Counted from the stretch's first letter, positions 36,607-47,065 are shown. The stretch: DNA of 64,000 nucleotides from Candidatus Woesearchaeota archaeon (GCA_023898345.1 CP060218.1:413510-477509); one strand, 5' to 3'. Numbers and translations are program-made. The notes: a model not told the origin generated them from the letters alone.

Positions 36607-37329
36607 ATGTCTGCTCCTTTTCTCCGACATAGTCTTTTTGGTGGGTTTGTTTTTCTTAGCTCTTGTTTTTCAGTCTCTGCGGCAAGGTCTGAACAAACCT
36701 TTTATGATTCTCCTTCTTATCTGCCTTATTGTATAATTATTGATAAAGCAGATAGGGAGTTATATTTTTTTGAATGTGATGGTATGGAACATTTGCAAAA
36801 CCTTATTTATAAGAGCCCTATTGTCATTGGTGGAAGAAATAAAGATTATCGTACGGGTAAAAAAAGAAACTTTGAAACACCTGTAGGTAACTTTCAAATT
36901 CAAGCCTATGTTAAAGATGCTAAATGGTTTCCACCTAAATGGGCAAAAGAACATAGGGTAAATGAACGAGGAGAAATTATTGGGGTTGGTGGTGTTTTTG
37001 GTCCTATGTGGATGCCTTTGACTTCTTACGGGACTCCTCTTGATCCTTCTTTTTCTTTTAATCCTGAGGGGTATGGTGGGCTTGCACTTCATGGGACTCG
37101 GGATCAGAGACAGTTTTTGAAGAGGTTCTCGCGTCAGTCTCATGGTTGTATTAGACTTCCTGATGGGGCTCTTTCATTTCTTGAATCTTTTTTTAAAAAA
37201 TATCTTGTTTTATCATCTCCCGAACAGATTCCAAAAGGTGAGAAAGTAGTTTTTTCAAGGGGCGCAATACCTGTTTCTATTAGACATTCTTTTTCTTTGG
37301 AGAGGGTTTTGTCTTCAGCAACCCCATGA
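36607..37329 (+). CDS. L,D-transpeptidase (YkuD) domain protein with signal peptide
   Basis: HGT...SHGCIRLP catalytic motif. Confidence 0.65.
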   Translation: MSAPFLRHSLFGGFVFLSSCFSVSAARSEQTFYDSPSYLPYCIIIDKADRELYFFECDGMEHLQNLIYKSPIVIGGRNKDYRTGKKRNFETPVGNFQIQAYVKDAKWFPPKWAKEHRVNERGEIIGVGGVFGPMWMPLTSYGTPLDPSFSFNPEGYGGLALHGTRDQRQFLKRFSRQSHGCIRLPDGALSFLESFFKKYLVLSSPEQIPKGEKVVFSRGAIPVSIRHSFSLERVLSSATP

Positions 37330-40300
37330 GGCTGGGGCTTGTGTGCTAAGGAATGCTCCTGTGAGTGTATTAATGTACCAGTCTTTGCATTCTTCTGTTC
37401 TCTCTCTTCTTGAATCATAGCTTGGTGAGAATTCTCTTGCATCACATTTTCCACTTTCGAGTAGGGCTCCTTGTTTGCAGTATCCTTGGCTTTTGTATAG
37501 GGTATTTGGTTCGGAGTTTCCTTTTCCACTTTCTCCTTTCTGCCAAATAATTGTGTCATCTTCTTTTTCTCCTGTGTACCAACTTTCATCACAAAGTATG
37601 AAGACTGAGTCCCAAGTTTGCTCGTCATTATCGGGAGGAATTTGGTATAGTGGGTTGCTTTCGTCGGGGAGAACGGTCACTCCTGCTTTAGGAATTAGAT
37701 TTTGAGAGTCTAGGCTTCCGGTATTTGCTTTGACAAGTCCTGCTGAATACACGGTCCCGTCTGCGAAGCGTACGTACATACTGCCGTCGGGTGTTCCTTT
37801 TTCTGAAATATAACAAAATTCACAGGTTGATGCTACTTTTTCTACTCCTATGTTGAGGTTTTTATTTATGCTAATGAGGTTGTTATTGAAAAGCATGCTT
37901 TCAATGTGCTTTGTTCTTTGTGTTACGACTGAACTACTGAGGGCTGCTGTATGGATGTCGCCTTGGGGGTATTTTCCGTTACATGTGGATTGGATGCGAA
38001 CTTTGTAAAGGGTGTTTGTACTTGGGTCTTGTGCAAAAATGTTTGTTTTGCTTGGATCAATATTTTCAATTTCGGGATCAAAGATTGCTTCGACTCCGCT
38101 TTCTCGACAAAGGTAGAGTTCTGTGTCAAGTACTGTGTCTGAAGAACTTGCAAGATTTGTTTGAGGATAGAAAAAATTTTGTGGGGGATTTTCTTGAGGA
38201 TTGGTGATTGTCTCTTCTATTTCTTCCATATTACAACAGGAGAGTTTTCCTCCGTAGAGTTCAATTTTCTCTTGTTCTTCTACATTGTTTGCATTGAGTG
38301 GTTGTGGGCCTAGGCATGCAGCGGGGTAAATTGTAACTTCGTAGGGATCAGTTAAGGGGGTGCCTGTTTGTGTGTTGGAAATGCTTACGGTAAATCTTAA
38401 TGGACTGACTAAGTCTAGTGAAGAGGGAATTTCATTTTCTCCGATTCTTCCTGTTTCAGGGTCAAAACTTACTTCTTGGGTGATGCCAAGTCCTAGGTCC
38501 GTCATAAGGGCTTCGTACGTAAATTGTACATTCTCGGCATCGTAGAGGCAACTTGTATCTAGATAAAGTTCAAAAGGGTCTGGAATTTCTTCTGGGGAAT
38601 AGGATTTTGAACTGTCTAGTCCGAGGGTATAACCAAAAACTTCTTCTTTGTCTGTTCCTTCTCTAGAAAAAAGGGTATTTTTCAAGTCTGAACTAATTGG
38701 GAAGGGAGTAATTTTATTTTCATTTGAGTTGATGAAATTGAAACAGTTAATGGCTTCTTGATTTCCTGAATTATCTGCAAGTCCTGCTACAAAGATGAAT
38801 GTCATTCTTCTGAATGTCTCTGTGTCGGAGACTGTCACTTCAAAGCTAAATCTTCTTTCTTCGTATGCAACAAATGTCATTTGTCCATCTTCTGTCAGTG
38901 AGAAATAAGCATCTGGTCCGTCGTAGTGTTGAGCTACAAAAAATACTTTGTCCCATCTGTCGAGAAATTGTGCTTCTTTTGTTACTGCTTTGAGATCGAG
39001 AGTAAGGGTTTGCTCTTCACATCCTTCTTCTCTTTCTTTGCAAACCGGATTTACAAATACAATACTGTTTTCTCCTGTTCTGAATGCTTGTGGTATGAGG
39101 TCTGCATCTATGTATGGAGCATAATTTTCGTATGCAAAATTGAAGACGTAAGGATTTCCTAATATTTTTGATTTGGAGTCTATGAGGGAGTAAACATAAA
39201 GCTTGTAGTCCTCATCGTCAACAAGACGAAGCATTGATATTGAAAGGCCTGTGTCACTTTGTTTGCGAAAATATTCATTTTTTTCAGCAATAACTTTGCT
39301 TAAGTTTCTTGGGTCTGAGTAATCAATTGGTTTATTTTCTTCATACTTGTATGAGAGCATCTCTGAGGCTAATTCTAGAAGTTTTTCGAAGCGAATGTTT
39401 GCGGTTTGTCTTGAGCTGTAATACGCTCTTTTTGTATCATTTGTATTGAAGCTTGCTGGAAAAAGGAGGCGGGCTGTTACTGATTCGTCGTCGAAATCTA
39501 ATTCTACGAACAGGGATGTGTTGAGATTAATTGCAAAAATTTCTCTGTTTAGTATTTCTGTCCTAATGTCAGAAAAAATTCCACTCTCATTTTTTATTTC
39601 GGCAATTATTTTTCCTTGTTCGTCAAGTTTAAAATCTTCATATGTTCCTGTGTAGCTTTTATCATTAATTGTAAACTGGACTAGGTCTCCTTTTTCTCCT
39701 AAAAGGTCTTTGACAAGCAGAGTTTGTGTGTCTGGGATGTCAAAAATTTCTCCGGAAAATTGGTCAAAATCAACTTCAAATCCTTCGTTTTCAAAACTCT
39801 TAACTTTGAGGCAGCGTTTGAATTCTTCGACGACAAATTGTTCCATTTCCTCTTTTATTGAATAGTTATAGATTGGTGGCCACTGTTTGTCAATAAGTGG
39901 GGCGTATACTTCTTTGTTTGACATAAGTAAGGTTCTAGAGAGAAGATTATTTTTGTTGAGCTGCATATTGGTGAGAAGGGTTTCTGAGTAGGCATTGTTT
40001 GGCAGGTGGCCCGGTACATATTTTTCGCTTCTGTTGTAGATGAATCCTCCTCTCATTCCTGCAATAAGGAGGGCTCGTTTTAGTTGGAGATCTAGGCATG
40101 AATCAATGCTGCTTTTTAGTGGGGTTAGTTGTTCATTTCCTTTGTCTATGATTGTATCTAAGGTTTGCTCACGTTCTTGTTTTTCTTCGTCGCTACTCAG
40201 AAAAAAAAGGAAAATGAGAAGAACTATTATACACAGTGCTATGATGATGAAGATGGTGATTTGTGCCTTGCGTTGTGTTGAAATTTCTTGTTTCATAGGG

Positions 40301-40383
40301 AGAGTTTTATTTTTTGGAATTTTTTTTTGAGCTTTGCTTTTTCTTAAGTGCAGGATAAACAAGTAAGAGGAGGAGAAAGACAA
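37315..40383 (-). CDS. Giant secreted/surface protein (1022 aa) with an N-terminal TM anchor
   Basis: Long ORF with an N-terminal hydrophobic segment. No recognisable catalytic motifs. Confidence 0.5.
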   Translation of the reverse strand: MSFSSSYLFILHLRKSKAQKKIPKNKTLPMKQEISTQRKAQITIFIIIALCIIVLLIFLFFLSSDEEKQEREQTLDTIIDKGNEQLTPLKSSIDSCLDLQLKRALLIAGMRGGFIYNRSEKYVPGHLPNNAYSETLLTNMQLNKNNLLSRTLLMSNKEVYAPLIDKQWPPIYNYSIKEEMEQFVVEEFKRCLKVKSFENEGFEVDFDQFSGEIFDIPDTQTLLVKDLLGEKGDLVQFTINDKSYTGTYEDFKLDEQGKIIAEIKNESGIFSDIRTEILNREIFAINLNTSLFVELDFDDESVTARLLFPASFNTNDTKRAYYSSRQTANIRFEKLLELASEMLSYKYEENKPIDYSDPRNLSKVIAEKNEYFRKQSDTGLSISMLRLVDDEDYKLYVYSLIDSKSKILGNPYVFNFAYENYAPYIDADLIPQAFRTGENSIVFVNPVCKEREEGCEEQTLTLDLKAVTKEAQFLDRWDKVFFVAQHYDGPDAYFSLTEDGQMTFVAYEERRFSFEVTVSDTETFRRMTFIFVAGLADNSGNQEAINCFNFINSNENKITPFPISSDLKNTLFSREGTDKEEVFGYTLGLDSSKSYSPEEIPDPFELYLDTSCLYDAENVQFTYEALMTDLGLGITQEVSFDPETGRIGENEIPSSLDLVSPLRFTVSISNTQTGTPLTDPYEVTIYPAACLGPQPLNANNVEEQEKIELYGGKLSCCNMEEIEETITNPQENPPQNFFYPQTNLASSSDTVLDTELYLCRESGVEAIFDPEIENIDPSKTNIFAQDPSTNTLYKVRIQSTCNGKYPQGDIHTAALSSSVVTQRTKHIESMLFNNNLISINKNLNIGVEKVASTCEFCYISEKGTPDGSMYVRFADGTVYSAGLVKANTGSLDSQNLIPKAGVTVLPDESNPLYQIPPDNDEQTWDSVFILCDESWYTGEKEDDTIIWQKGESGKGNSEPNTLYKSQGYCKQGALLESGKCDAREFSPSYDSRRERTEECKDWYINTLTGAFLSTQAPASWGC

Positions 40384-41101
40384 TGAAGATGACGAGGACT
40401 ATTTGAATGAAACTAAAGAGGGGAGTTTTTGTGAATTCAAGGGTAAAGTCTTTTTTATCTTCGAGTGTTGTTTCTTTATTGATAGTATAATTAAATTGGG
40501 TTGGTGTTTCTTCAACGGTCCAAGCAATTAATGGGTCAGAATCTAAAATTTCGTAAGGTAACTCGCTTTGAATTAATAGGTCTTTGTTTTCTTCGGTTAG
40601 GCTTTCAATAACTGATTTTGGGATATATTGACTTATTTGAACATTTTCTCCTGTGTCTGGGAGTGAAATGGTAATGGTTGTGCTGTTTTCTTTGTCTGTA
40701 AATGAAAAGGAAGCATTTGCAGAAGTTTCACTTTTTAGTTCTGTGTGGAAGAGCTGGTAGAGTTGTTCGCCGTTTTCATTTTCAATTTTTGCGACAAAGG
40801 TGTACTGTCCGTCTCCGAGTTTTGGTATTTCACAACTTGTTTTTAGGTATTGGGTTGAACTAAAGTTGAGAGGGACTTCACATTTGCGGACTTGTAGTTG
40901 GCCGTTGTGGTAGAAGCTCATTGTAAAGGTGTTTTGTTCTTGCATTATTTCTGTTTTTTCTATGCCAAAGGAAATGAGGTAACTTAATTTTGAGTCATCT
41001 GCATCAAAGGAGAGAATACTTAGTGGAGTTGCAAGTATGTTAGTGAGGGAGAACATAACAAAAAGGCAGATAGAGATGAGAGGTGTAATTCTTACTTTCA
41101 T
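40307..41101 (-). CDS. Secreted protein with signal peptide and a C-terminal TM anchor plus basic tail
   Basis: The listed ORF start at 41158 lies inside the IS end. The native start is probably MKVRITPL at 41101. The C-terminus is ...VLVIFIVFLLLLLVYPALKKKQSSKKNSKK. Confidence 0.4.
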   Translation of the reverse strand: MKVRITPLISICLFVMFSLTNILATPLSILSFDADDSKLSYLISFGIEKTEIMQEQNTFTMSFYHNGQLQVRKCEVPLNFSSTQYLKTSCEIPKLGDGQYTFVAKIENENGEQLYQLFHTELKSETSANASFSFTDKENSTTITISLPDTGENVQISQYIPKSVIESLTEENKDLLIQSELPYEILDSDPLIAWTVEETPTQFNYTINKETTLEDKKDFTLEFTKTPLFSFIQIVLVIFIVFLLLLLVYPALKKKQSSKKNSKK

Positions 41102-41145
41102 ATGTTTTTCTTCGACAAGGAATTTATAAAGTTTTGTTGGAATTG

Positions 41146-42213
41146 GGCTCTGTCCCATTGAGCATCATTTTCAAATAATTAAAAATCAAAACTTAATTTT
41201 TGAATAAATTAATTGATTTTCCCCTGAAAATTAAGTAGTTTTGGTTAAGGAACATACAATATTTGAAGAATAAAAATTGCATAGCAATATTTTTCTTCAT
41301 ATTATAAATAACAATTTTAAAAGCAACTTCTCTTTTTTTTGTCATGTGATTTTTCGAGACAATTTTAGTTAAAATTGTCCTTTTTAATGCAGAAAATACC
41401 CCTTCCACATTATTTCTTAATGGGTATAAGTCTTGATATTCATTAAATGTTTGTTGAAATTGTTTGCGCACAATATTATTGTGCAAACATTTTTCTCCTT
41501 TATTTACTGGAGGAACAATAAGTATATTGTTCAGTTCTTTCATTTTAGAAAAAAGATAGAAATAATAATATCCTTTATCTCCAATGAGAGTAATATTTTT
41601 CAATTTGAGTCTATTAAACAGGCGTTTTGCCTGTTTTTTGTCATTATATTGTTTCATCGTAAAAGTAAAATCAAAAATTTTCTTTTTACCTTGTAAATCA
41701 CAAATTACATCTAATTTATGATAGGGAGATTTTGGATTTAGACCAAATTCCTGCAATCTTTTTTGATAATATGACGACTTAAATGTTGAACTAATGCCAG
41801 TTCCATCTATCCCGAGAATCTCAGGAGATTCAGTTTTTATTGTTATTTCAAGAATTTGTTTGATAAACGTCAAACTAAATTCTTTTATCCAACGATTTAA
41901 TGAGGATTTATTTATTTTATACTTCAAATATAGCCGTCTTGGCCAGATAGTTTCGTTATTAAAATAACTACAAAACTCTCGAAGTGAGAGTTTTGACTTA
42001 AAATATAAAATCACACAACTCAGTTTTTGATTTTGTGTAAATTGTTTATTTCCTGTCTTATTTGCATATTTAGGTAGATCTAAACTTAAGATTATGTCAT
42101 TTAATTCATCTTTAAATTCTCGAGATTTTTTAGGAACAATCTCATGAAGAACTAATTGCCTTTCCATATTATATAAAATTAAAAAATGTCTTTATTAAAC
42201 TTGGGACAGAGCC
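41146..42213 (-). mobile_element. IS5-family-like insertion sequence (1068 bp) with 12-bp terminal inverted repeats and a 9-bp target-site duplication
   Basis: GGCTCTGTCCCA at 41146-41157, and TGGGACAGAGCC at 42202-42213. TTGGAATTG flanks both ends (41137-41145 and 42214-42222). Confidence 0.75.
41193..42167 (-). CDS. DDE transposase, IS5-family-like; distant homologue of the 25898..26764 transposase
   Basis: GIDGTG...IGDKGYY...VEGVFSALKRTIL. Confidence 0.75.
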   Translation of the reverse strand: MERQLVLHEIVPKKSREFKDELNDIILSLDLPKYANKTGNKQFTQNQKLSCVILYFKSKLSLREFCSYFNNETIWPRRLYLKYKINKSSLNRWIKEFSLTFIKQILEITIKTESPEILGIDGTGISSTFKSSYYQKRLQEFGLNPKSPYHKLDVICDLQGKKKIFDFTFTMKQYNDKKQAKRLFNRLKLKNITLIGDKGYYYFYLFSKMKELNNILIVPPVNKGEKCLHNNIVRKQFQQTFNEYQDLYPLRNNVEGVFSALKRTILTKIVSKNHMTKKREVAFKIVIYNMKKNIAMQFLFFKYCMFLNQNYLIFRGKSINLFKN

Positions 42214-42303
42214 TTGGAATTGAAGTTATTTTCCTTATGACTACTTTCTTTGTTTTATCGTGAGTTAATGGAAAAATTAAAGTAGTTCTAGTCTTAAACT
42301 TTT

Positions 42304-42585
42304 TTAGGGCTGTGCTGCTACTTTTTTGGTGCTGCAGGTGTTTATTGTTTCTTTATATTGGAGTGCTCCAGTTTTGGCTTCATATGTAAAGATGTAGGTA
42401 GTGCAGGGATCTTTTCCCGTTAGAGTGACTTTTGTCATTTCTCCGAGGGAAAGAAAGTAACTTTTATTATTTGGAATTGTCGGGGGAAGAAAGATGGCGT
42501 TTTGTCTGTCGTAGTATGTCGTTACTCCTGTTGCTAAAAGACTCCCGAAACAGAATGACCACAAAATTATTTCAAGTTTACTCAT
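42304..42585 (-). CDS. Small secreted hypothetical protein
   Basis: N-terminal hydrophobic segment only. Confidence 0.3.
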   Translation of the reverse strand: MSKLEIILWSFCFGSLLATGVTTYYDRQNAIFLPPTIPNNKSYFLSLGEMTKVTLTGKDPCTTYIFTYEAKTGALQYKETINTCSTKKVAAQP

Positions 42586-42631
42586 TGAAGAAGGTGTTCT
42601 TTCTTTCTTTTTATATTCTTCCTTCTTGTCT

Positions 42632-44776
42632 TTATTGAATTTTTAGGAGTTCTTCTTTGTTTAGGAGGCCTTGCTGTGAACCTCTGTGTTGGATGAGCTG
42701 AGCACTGTGGAGGGATGCAAAATGAAGGGAGAGGTTAATTCCGAAGCCGTGTGCATAGAAGTAGAAGAATGTTGCTGTAAAACAGTCGCCGGCTCCTGTT
42801 GTGTCGATAACTTCTTTTACTTTCTTTGCTGGACAATAATATTCTTTTTCTTTGTCGTAGGCGTAGGATCCTCTACTTCCATCTGTAATAACAACAATTT
42901 GTGGTCCCATAGCACAGATTGTTTTGAGGCAGTCTGTTATTTTCTGTTTTTTTGAAAGGAGTTTTGCTTCTTCAAAATTGAGAATGAGGATGTTTGTCAA
43001 TGCTATGAGTTCTTTTAATTTTTTTTCTCCTTTTACTAGTCCAGCACTTGGATTGTAGCAAAGAAGGGTCTTTCTTTTGTTTTTGCTTAATTCTTTTGCT
43101 AGTCTGAGCTGAGTTTTGAAACTTTCTCCACCTAGGGAAGAAAAATAGTAATATTTTGCAATGCTGTCGCTTTCTCTAAAGTCTGTCCATTTGAGTTGGC
43201 TGTTTTGTCCGCGATGTGTAAAAATAATGCGATCTTTGTCGAGTGTGTCTATGACGATTGACTTTGCTGCACTTTCGGAACTAAAAATTGAGGGGATTAC
43301 TTCAACATTATTTTCTTTTAGATTTTTTATGGTGGGGTCTTTTGTTTCTTGGGCTAGTTTTCCCAAATATGCGACTTTTTTTGCTCCTAATTTTTTGAGG
43401 GCAATACTAACGTTTACTCCTCCTCCGCCAATACTTTTTTCAAAATCTTTTTCGATTTTTACTTTCTCTCCTAATTGAATTTGGCTATAATATTTGTCGA
43501 GGCCGAGTGTTGTGTCCAGAACGTTTGAGCCGAGGCAGAGGAATTCGGGGTAGTCGCAGTTAAAAGTATCATAACTTTTTTCTAATGCTTTGAGTCCGAC
43601 TAAGTCTTGCTCGGTTAGAAAATGAAAAAGGGATGCTCCTCCTGCACTGACGAAATTTATTGAACTTTTTTCTTTTTCTGAAAATTTTTGTAGTGCTGTT
43701 AAAGTATGACCTCCTACTAGGATTGTAAATGCTTTTGTTGTACAAAGGGCTTTGAGCAAGATTTGTGTTCCACTTTGACTTAGCGGATTTTCTATTTCTC
43801 CTGACGGGCCGTGCATGAAAACTGCTTCTCCTTTTAGGATTATGTCTCTGAAAATATGGGCACTTTTTATTCCGAGGTCAAAGTGTTCTGCTTCCATGAC
43901 TCTTGTTTTTTCCTCTGAGAGTTTTTCAAGGGGGATGTCTAGTCTTGTTTTTTTATTAATAAGTCCTATGTCGATAGGGAGGCTTATTTGTGTTTTGTAC
44001 GTTTGCAGTATTTTGTGAAGGGTTCTTCTTTTGTTTGCGAATTCAGGCCTTGACAAAAGGGAGTCGAGTTTTCCAAAGCGATATCCTTGTGTGTATAGTG
44101 CAAAATATCCTATGACTCCGGTGAGGGCGATGTGCTCAGTAAGTTTTTTTTCTAGTATTTCTTGGACAAAAGAAACTGTTTCTTCGATTTTGTCTCCTCC
44201 TAAAACCATTATTCGAGGTTTTTTTGTGTGGAGAAGCTTGTGAAGATTGGTAACTTCATTTTCCATTACTCTTCCTGCAAGAAGGGGGATGTTTTTTATT
44301 TCCGTGATGCTGCTATTACTAAGGTGGGCTAGTGAAAAGGCATCGAGGATGTAGTAGTCAAAGTGTTTTTCTAAATCAAAGAACAGATTTTCTTTTTTTG
44401 GGGGGTGTTCTTCATGTGGACAGAATCGCAAATTTTCAAGGAGGAGAATTTCTCCTTCTTTAAGTTCTTTTATTGCTTTGAACACTTTTTGTGATGTAAG
44501 TTCTGGGATGAATTTTATGTTCTTTTTGAGTTCTTTTTCCAACATGGGGATGTGATCTTTAAGACTTTGGAAATCTTTGTTCTGGCTGCGTCCTTGATGT
44601 GAGAGGAGAACTTGCTTTGCTCCTAGTGCACTTAATTCTTCTACTGTTTTCAGATGTGCTGCAATTCTCTCGTTCATTACTGGTTTGTAATCAACTATTG
44701 CTGCACTAAAATCGACGCGCACTCCCAGAGTTTTTCCTTTGAGCGAAAAATTGTCTATACTGAAAAAGTCATACAT
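42632..44776 (-). CDS. pgk: Fusion protein: phosphoglycerate kinase (N-terminal ~405 aa) fused in frame to a PfkB/ribokinase-family carbohydrate kinase (C-terminal ~300 aa)
   Basis: PGK: KGKTLGVRVDFSA, VLLSHQGR, GGASLFHFL. PfkB: GGGGVNVSIALKKLG and DTTGAGDCFTATFFY. A single 714-aa frame. Confidence 0.8.
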   Translation of the reverse strand: MYDFFSIDNFSLKGKTLGVRVDFSAAIVDYKPVMNERIAAHLKTVEELSALGAKQVLLSHQGRSQNKDFQSLKDHIPMLEKELKKNIKFIPELTSQKVFKAIKELKEGEILLLENLRFCPHEEHPPKKENLFFDLEKHFDYYILDAFSLAHLSNSSITEIKNIPLLAGRVMENEVTNLHKLLHTKKPRIMVLGGDKIEETVSFVQEILEKKLTEHIALTGVIGYFALYTQGYRFGKLDSLLSRPEFANKRRTLHKILQTYKTQISLPIDIGLINKKTRLDIPLEKLSEEKTRVMEAEHFDLGIKSAHIFRDIILKGEAVFMHGPSGEIENPLSQSGTQILLKALCTTKAFTILVGGHTLTALQKFSEKEKSSINFVSAGGASLFHFLTEQDLVGLKALEKSYDTFNCDYPEFLCLGSNVLDTTLGLDKYYSQIQLGEKVKIEKDFEKSIGGGGVNVSIALKKLGAKKVAYLGKLAQETKDPTIKNLKENNVEVIPSIFSSESAAKSIVIDTLDKDRIIFTHRGQNSQLKWTDFRESDSIAKYYYFSSLGGESFKTQLRLAKELSKNKRKTLLCYNPSAGLVKGEKKLKELIALTNILILNFEEAKLLSKKQKITDCLKTICAMGPQIVVITDGSRGSYAYDKEKEYYCPAKKVKEVIDTTGAGDCFTATFFYFYAHGFGINLSLHFASLHSAQLIQHRGSQQGLLNKEELLKIQ

Positions 44777-44851
44777 AGTTTTAGTGCAATGTGAGGAGTA
44801 TTAAAGGACTTGTAATTTCTCTTTAATGATGACTTTGAAAGAATTGAAGTT

Positions 44852-47065
44852 CTACTTTTCGTATGTGAATTTGGGTTCTTTTGCTTTACTTAATTCTTCG
44901 AGGTTTCCAAGCTTGTTTGAAACCGCTTCTAAGGAGCTGTAACTTGATGGGAGACCTGTATTGACAAAGTAGAATGTTATGTGGTTATTGTTGACAACAT
45001 CTTTGAGACTTACTTCAAAAGATTGCAGTTCTATTCCTCCTCTGAGCCAGGATTCTATTGTTGTCGAAGGAATGGTCTGGCAGTCTGCATCGACAAAAAG
45101 TGAGGCTAGGCCGCTTACTCCTGGGCAAATTTCTTCTGCTGGGATTGTTATATTTTTGTTGTCTATAAGAAAGCCTTTAATGGAATAGTTTCCTGGAAGG
45201 AGTGCTATGGAAAGATTTTTTTGGGTCTCTTTTGTAAATTCTAGGACTCTTGTATTTTCTTCGTCAACTTTATCTTCAACAATCAAAAATGCCTTATCTG
45301 TATCTCGAAGTGAGCTTCCTACTCCATTTTTTGTTTCTTCTGGTTCAAGTAATTTAAATGAGACTGAGAAATTTTTTTCTGATGGCATGTAGGCTTGTCC
45401 TAAGTTTATTTCTTTGTCGAGTGTTGGGTTAAGATTTTCAAAAACGAGTTTTCTGTGTCCATATTTGTAAATTTCAAGTGTCCCTGGGTCGCAATTTATG
45501 GGGAGCCTAAATTCAAGATAACTTAGATTTTCTGCTGTTTTGTTTCCGTTCTTTTTTGTTGTTCCTACAAAGCAAGAGGAAATTCCGGAACAGGAAAAGG
45601 AGATTATTGCATCTTCGACACCTTCTTCTGCTTTGTTAAAGGCTCTTTTTTCTGGGTCTATATAACGCTCGCCAAAGAGAACTGGGTCGGAGATGTTGAT
45701 GCGAACGGGCGCTGAGATGAAATGAAGTGGGTCGCAAAGCAGTGTCGTGTCAACATTTGCTTCATACTCTTCATCTAGTGTTATGTCGTAGTTGTCTTTT
45801 AGTGCTGCATTATGGTCGATATTCAATTCTAAAGGTAGGCGGAAAACAAAGTCATCGTTTGTTTCTTTGCTGTTTTTTATTTCAAAAATAACTGGCGTTG
45901 TAATTTCGTACACTGCATTGTATTCTGTAAAGAATATGGGTATGAGGTTGAGAAATGCTTCGGGGTGTGGCATGAGAATAATATCTCCGAGACTTGGTGC
46001 TAGTGAAAAGAACATGGGGTAAAAAATTTCGTAACTTCCTTTTACTGTATAGTCTTCAAATTTTTGGAATATTTTTTTATCATCTGTTTTTGTTATACTT
46101 GTATTGCTGAGATAATCTTTTGTATAGAGATTTGTGAGACTGCTTGCAAATGGACTATCTTCTAGGCCTTCTGGAACTTTTCTTACTTTGTAGTCTGTAT
46201 TAAGAAATTGGATGAGTCCTATGTTGGCATTGAAAATTTGTTTTACGAGTTCTTCTACTTTTGGAACAGACCATGGTTTGAAATCGTAACCTAGTTCAAA
46301 TTGGTAAAATGGCGGGAGAAGGTCTCTTGAATCGCTGTCTTGGTAGGCGTAGAGAAATTGTACGAAGCGTGTTTCGACAAAGGAGCTAGAGTTTTCTGCA
46401 AGGGTTATGTCGCGTGCAAGGTAGTAAGGAATTTTTAATTTGTTGTCGACAACTGAGTCAAATGAAGAAACACTTTCTTGGGTTTGTGTGTTCTTTACAT
46501 TAATTTCAATAGGTAAGGAAAGCTCGGTGAGGATATTGTCGCCTTCAAATTCTACGTTAACGTCGATTTCTTTTGGTTCATAGCGAATATTATATTCATT
46601 ATCAAAAATGTTAAAGCCTTTGAGGCATTCTTTTTCTAGTGTTGCATCTACATATTGTTTTACTTGTGAACGCAGGGAATACTTGCTATTACTGTCATAC
46701 TCGGGGATGTTGAGGTAGAAGATTTCCTCCGAGTCGTCGTAGTAGTGCCAGTATGGAAGTTCGATTCCTCCGAGATCTTCGTACCCTTCTGCTCTTTGAA
46801 TTAAATATTTTATATCATCTCTTTTTGTAAATAGCATGTCTGGGTGGTAGAGCCATCCTGCGTGAAGCCCGATTTCTTTTATTGCTTGTGTTGTTTGTGT
46901 TTCTAGGCAGTCTTCAACAAAGGTTCTTACTTTGACGGCTGGCCTTTCGTCGTCGAAGAAAAAGAAACTATCAGAAAAGGAAAAATAGAGGATGGCCAGA
47001 AGAACGAGAATTGTGGCAATAAGAACAAAGATTCCTATTTGACTTTTCCTTACTTGTTTGTTCAT
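44852..47065 (-). CDS. Large secreted protein (737 aa) with an N-terminal TM anchor
   Basis: ORF plus N-terminal hydrophobic segment. Confidence 0.5.
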   Translation of the reverse strand: MNKQVRKSQIGIFVLIATILVLLAILYFSFSDSFFFFDDERPAVKVRTFVEDCLETQTTQAIKEIGLHAGWLYHPDMLFTKRDDIKYLIQRAEGYEDLGGIELPYWHYYDDSEEIFYLNIPEYDSNSKYSLRSQVKQYVDATLEKECLKGFNIFDNEYNIRYEPKEIDVNVEFEGDNILTELSLPIEINVKNTQTQESVSSFDSVVDNKLKIPYYLARDITLAENSSSFVETRFVQFLYAYQDSDSRDLLPPFYQFELGYDFKPWSVPKVEELVKQIFNANIGLIQFLNTDYKVRKVPEGLEDSPFASSLTNLYTKDYLSNTSITKTDDKKIFQKFEDYTVKGSYEIFYPMFFSLAPSLGDIILMPHPEAFLNLIPIFFTEYNAVYEITTPVIFEIKNSKETNDDFVFRLPLELNIDHNAALKDNYDITLDEEYEANVDTTLLCDPLHFISAPVRINISDPVLFGERYIDPEKRAFNKAEEGVEDAIISFSCSGISSCFVGTTKKNGNKTAENLSYLEFRLPINCDPGTLEIYKYGHRKLVFENLNPTLDKEINLGQAYMPSEKNFSVSFKLLEPEETKNGVGSSLRDTDKAFLIVEDKVDEENTRVLEFTKETQKNLSIALLPGNYSIKGFLIDNKNITIPAEEICPGVSGLASLFVDADCQTIPSTTIESWLRGGIELQSFEVSLKDVVNNNHITFYFVNTGLPSSYSSLEAVSNKLGNLEELSKAKEPKFTYEK

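Noticed and set aside
37140-37628. 162-aa minus-strand ORF overlapping the 3' end of the 1022-aa gene and the L,D-transpeptidase gene
   Set aside because: Low-complexity, and overlaps two better-supported genes in other frames. Probably spurious. A C-terminal frameshift of the giant protein cannot be excluded.
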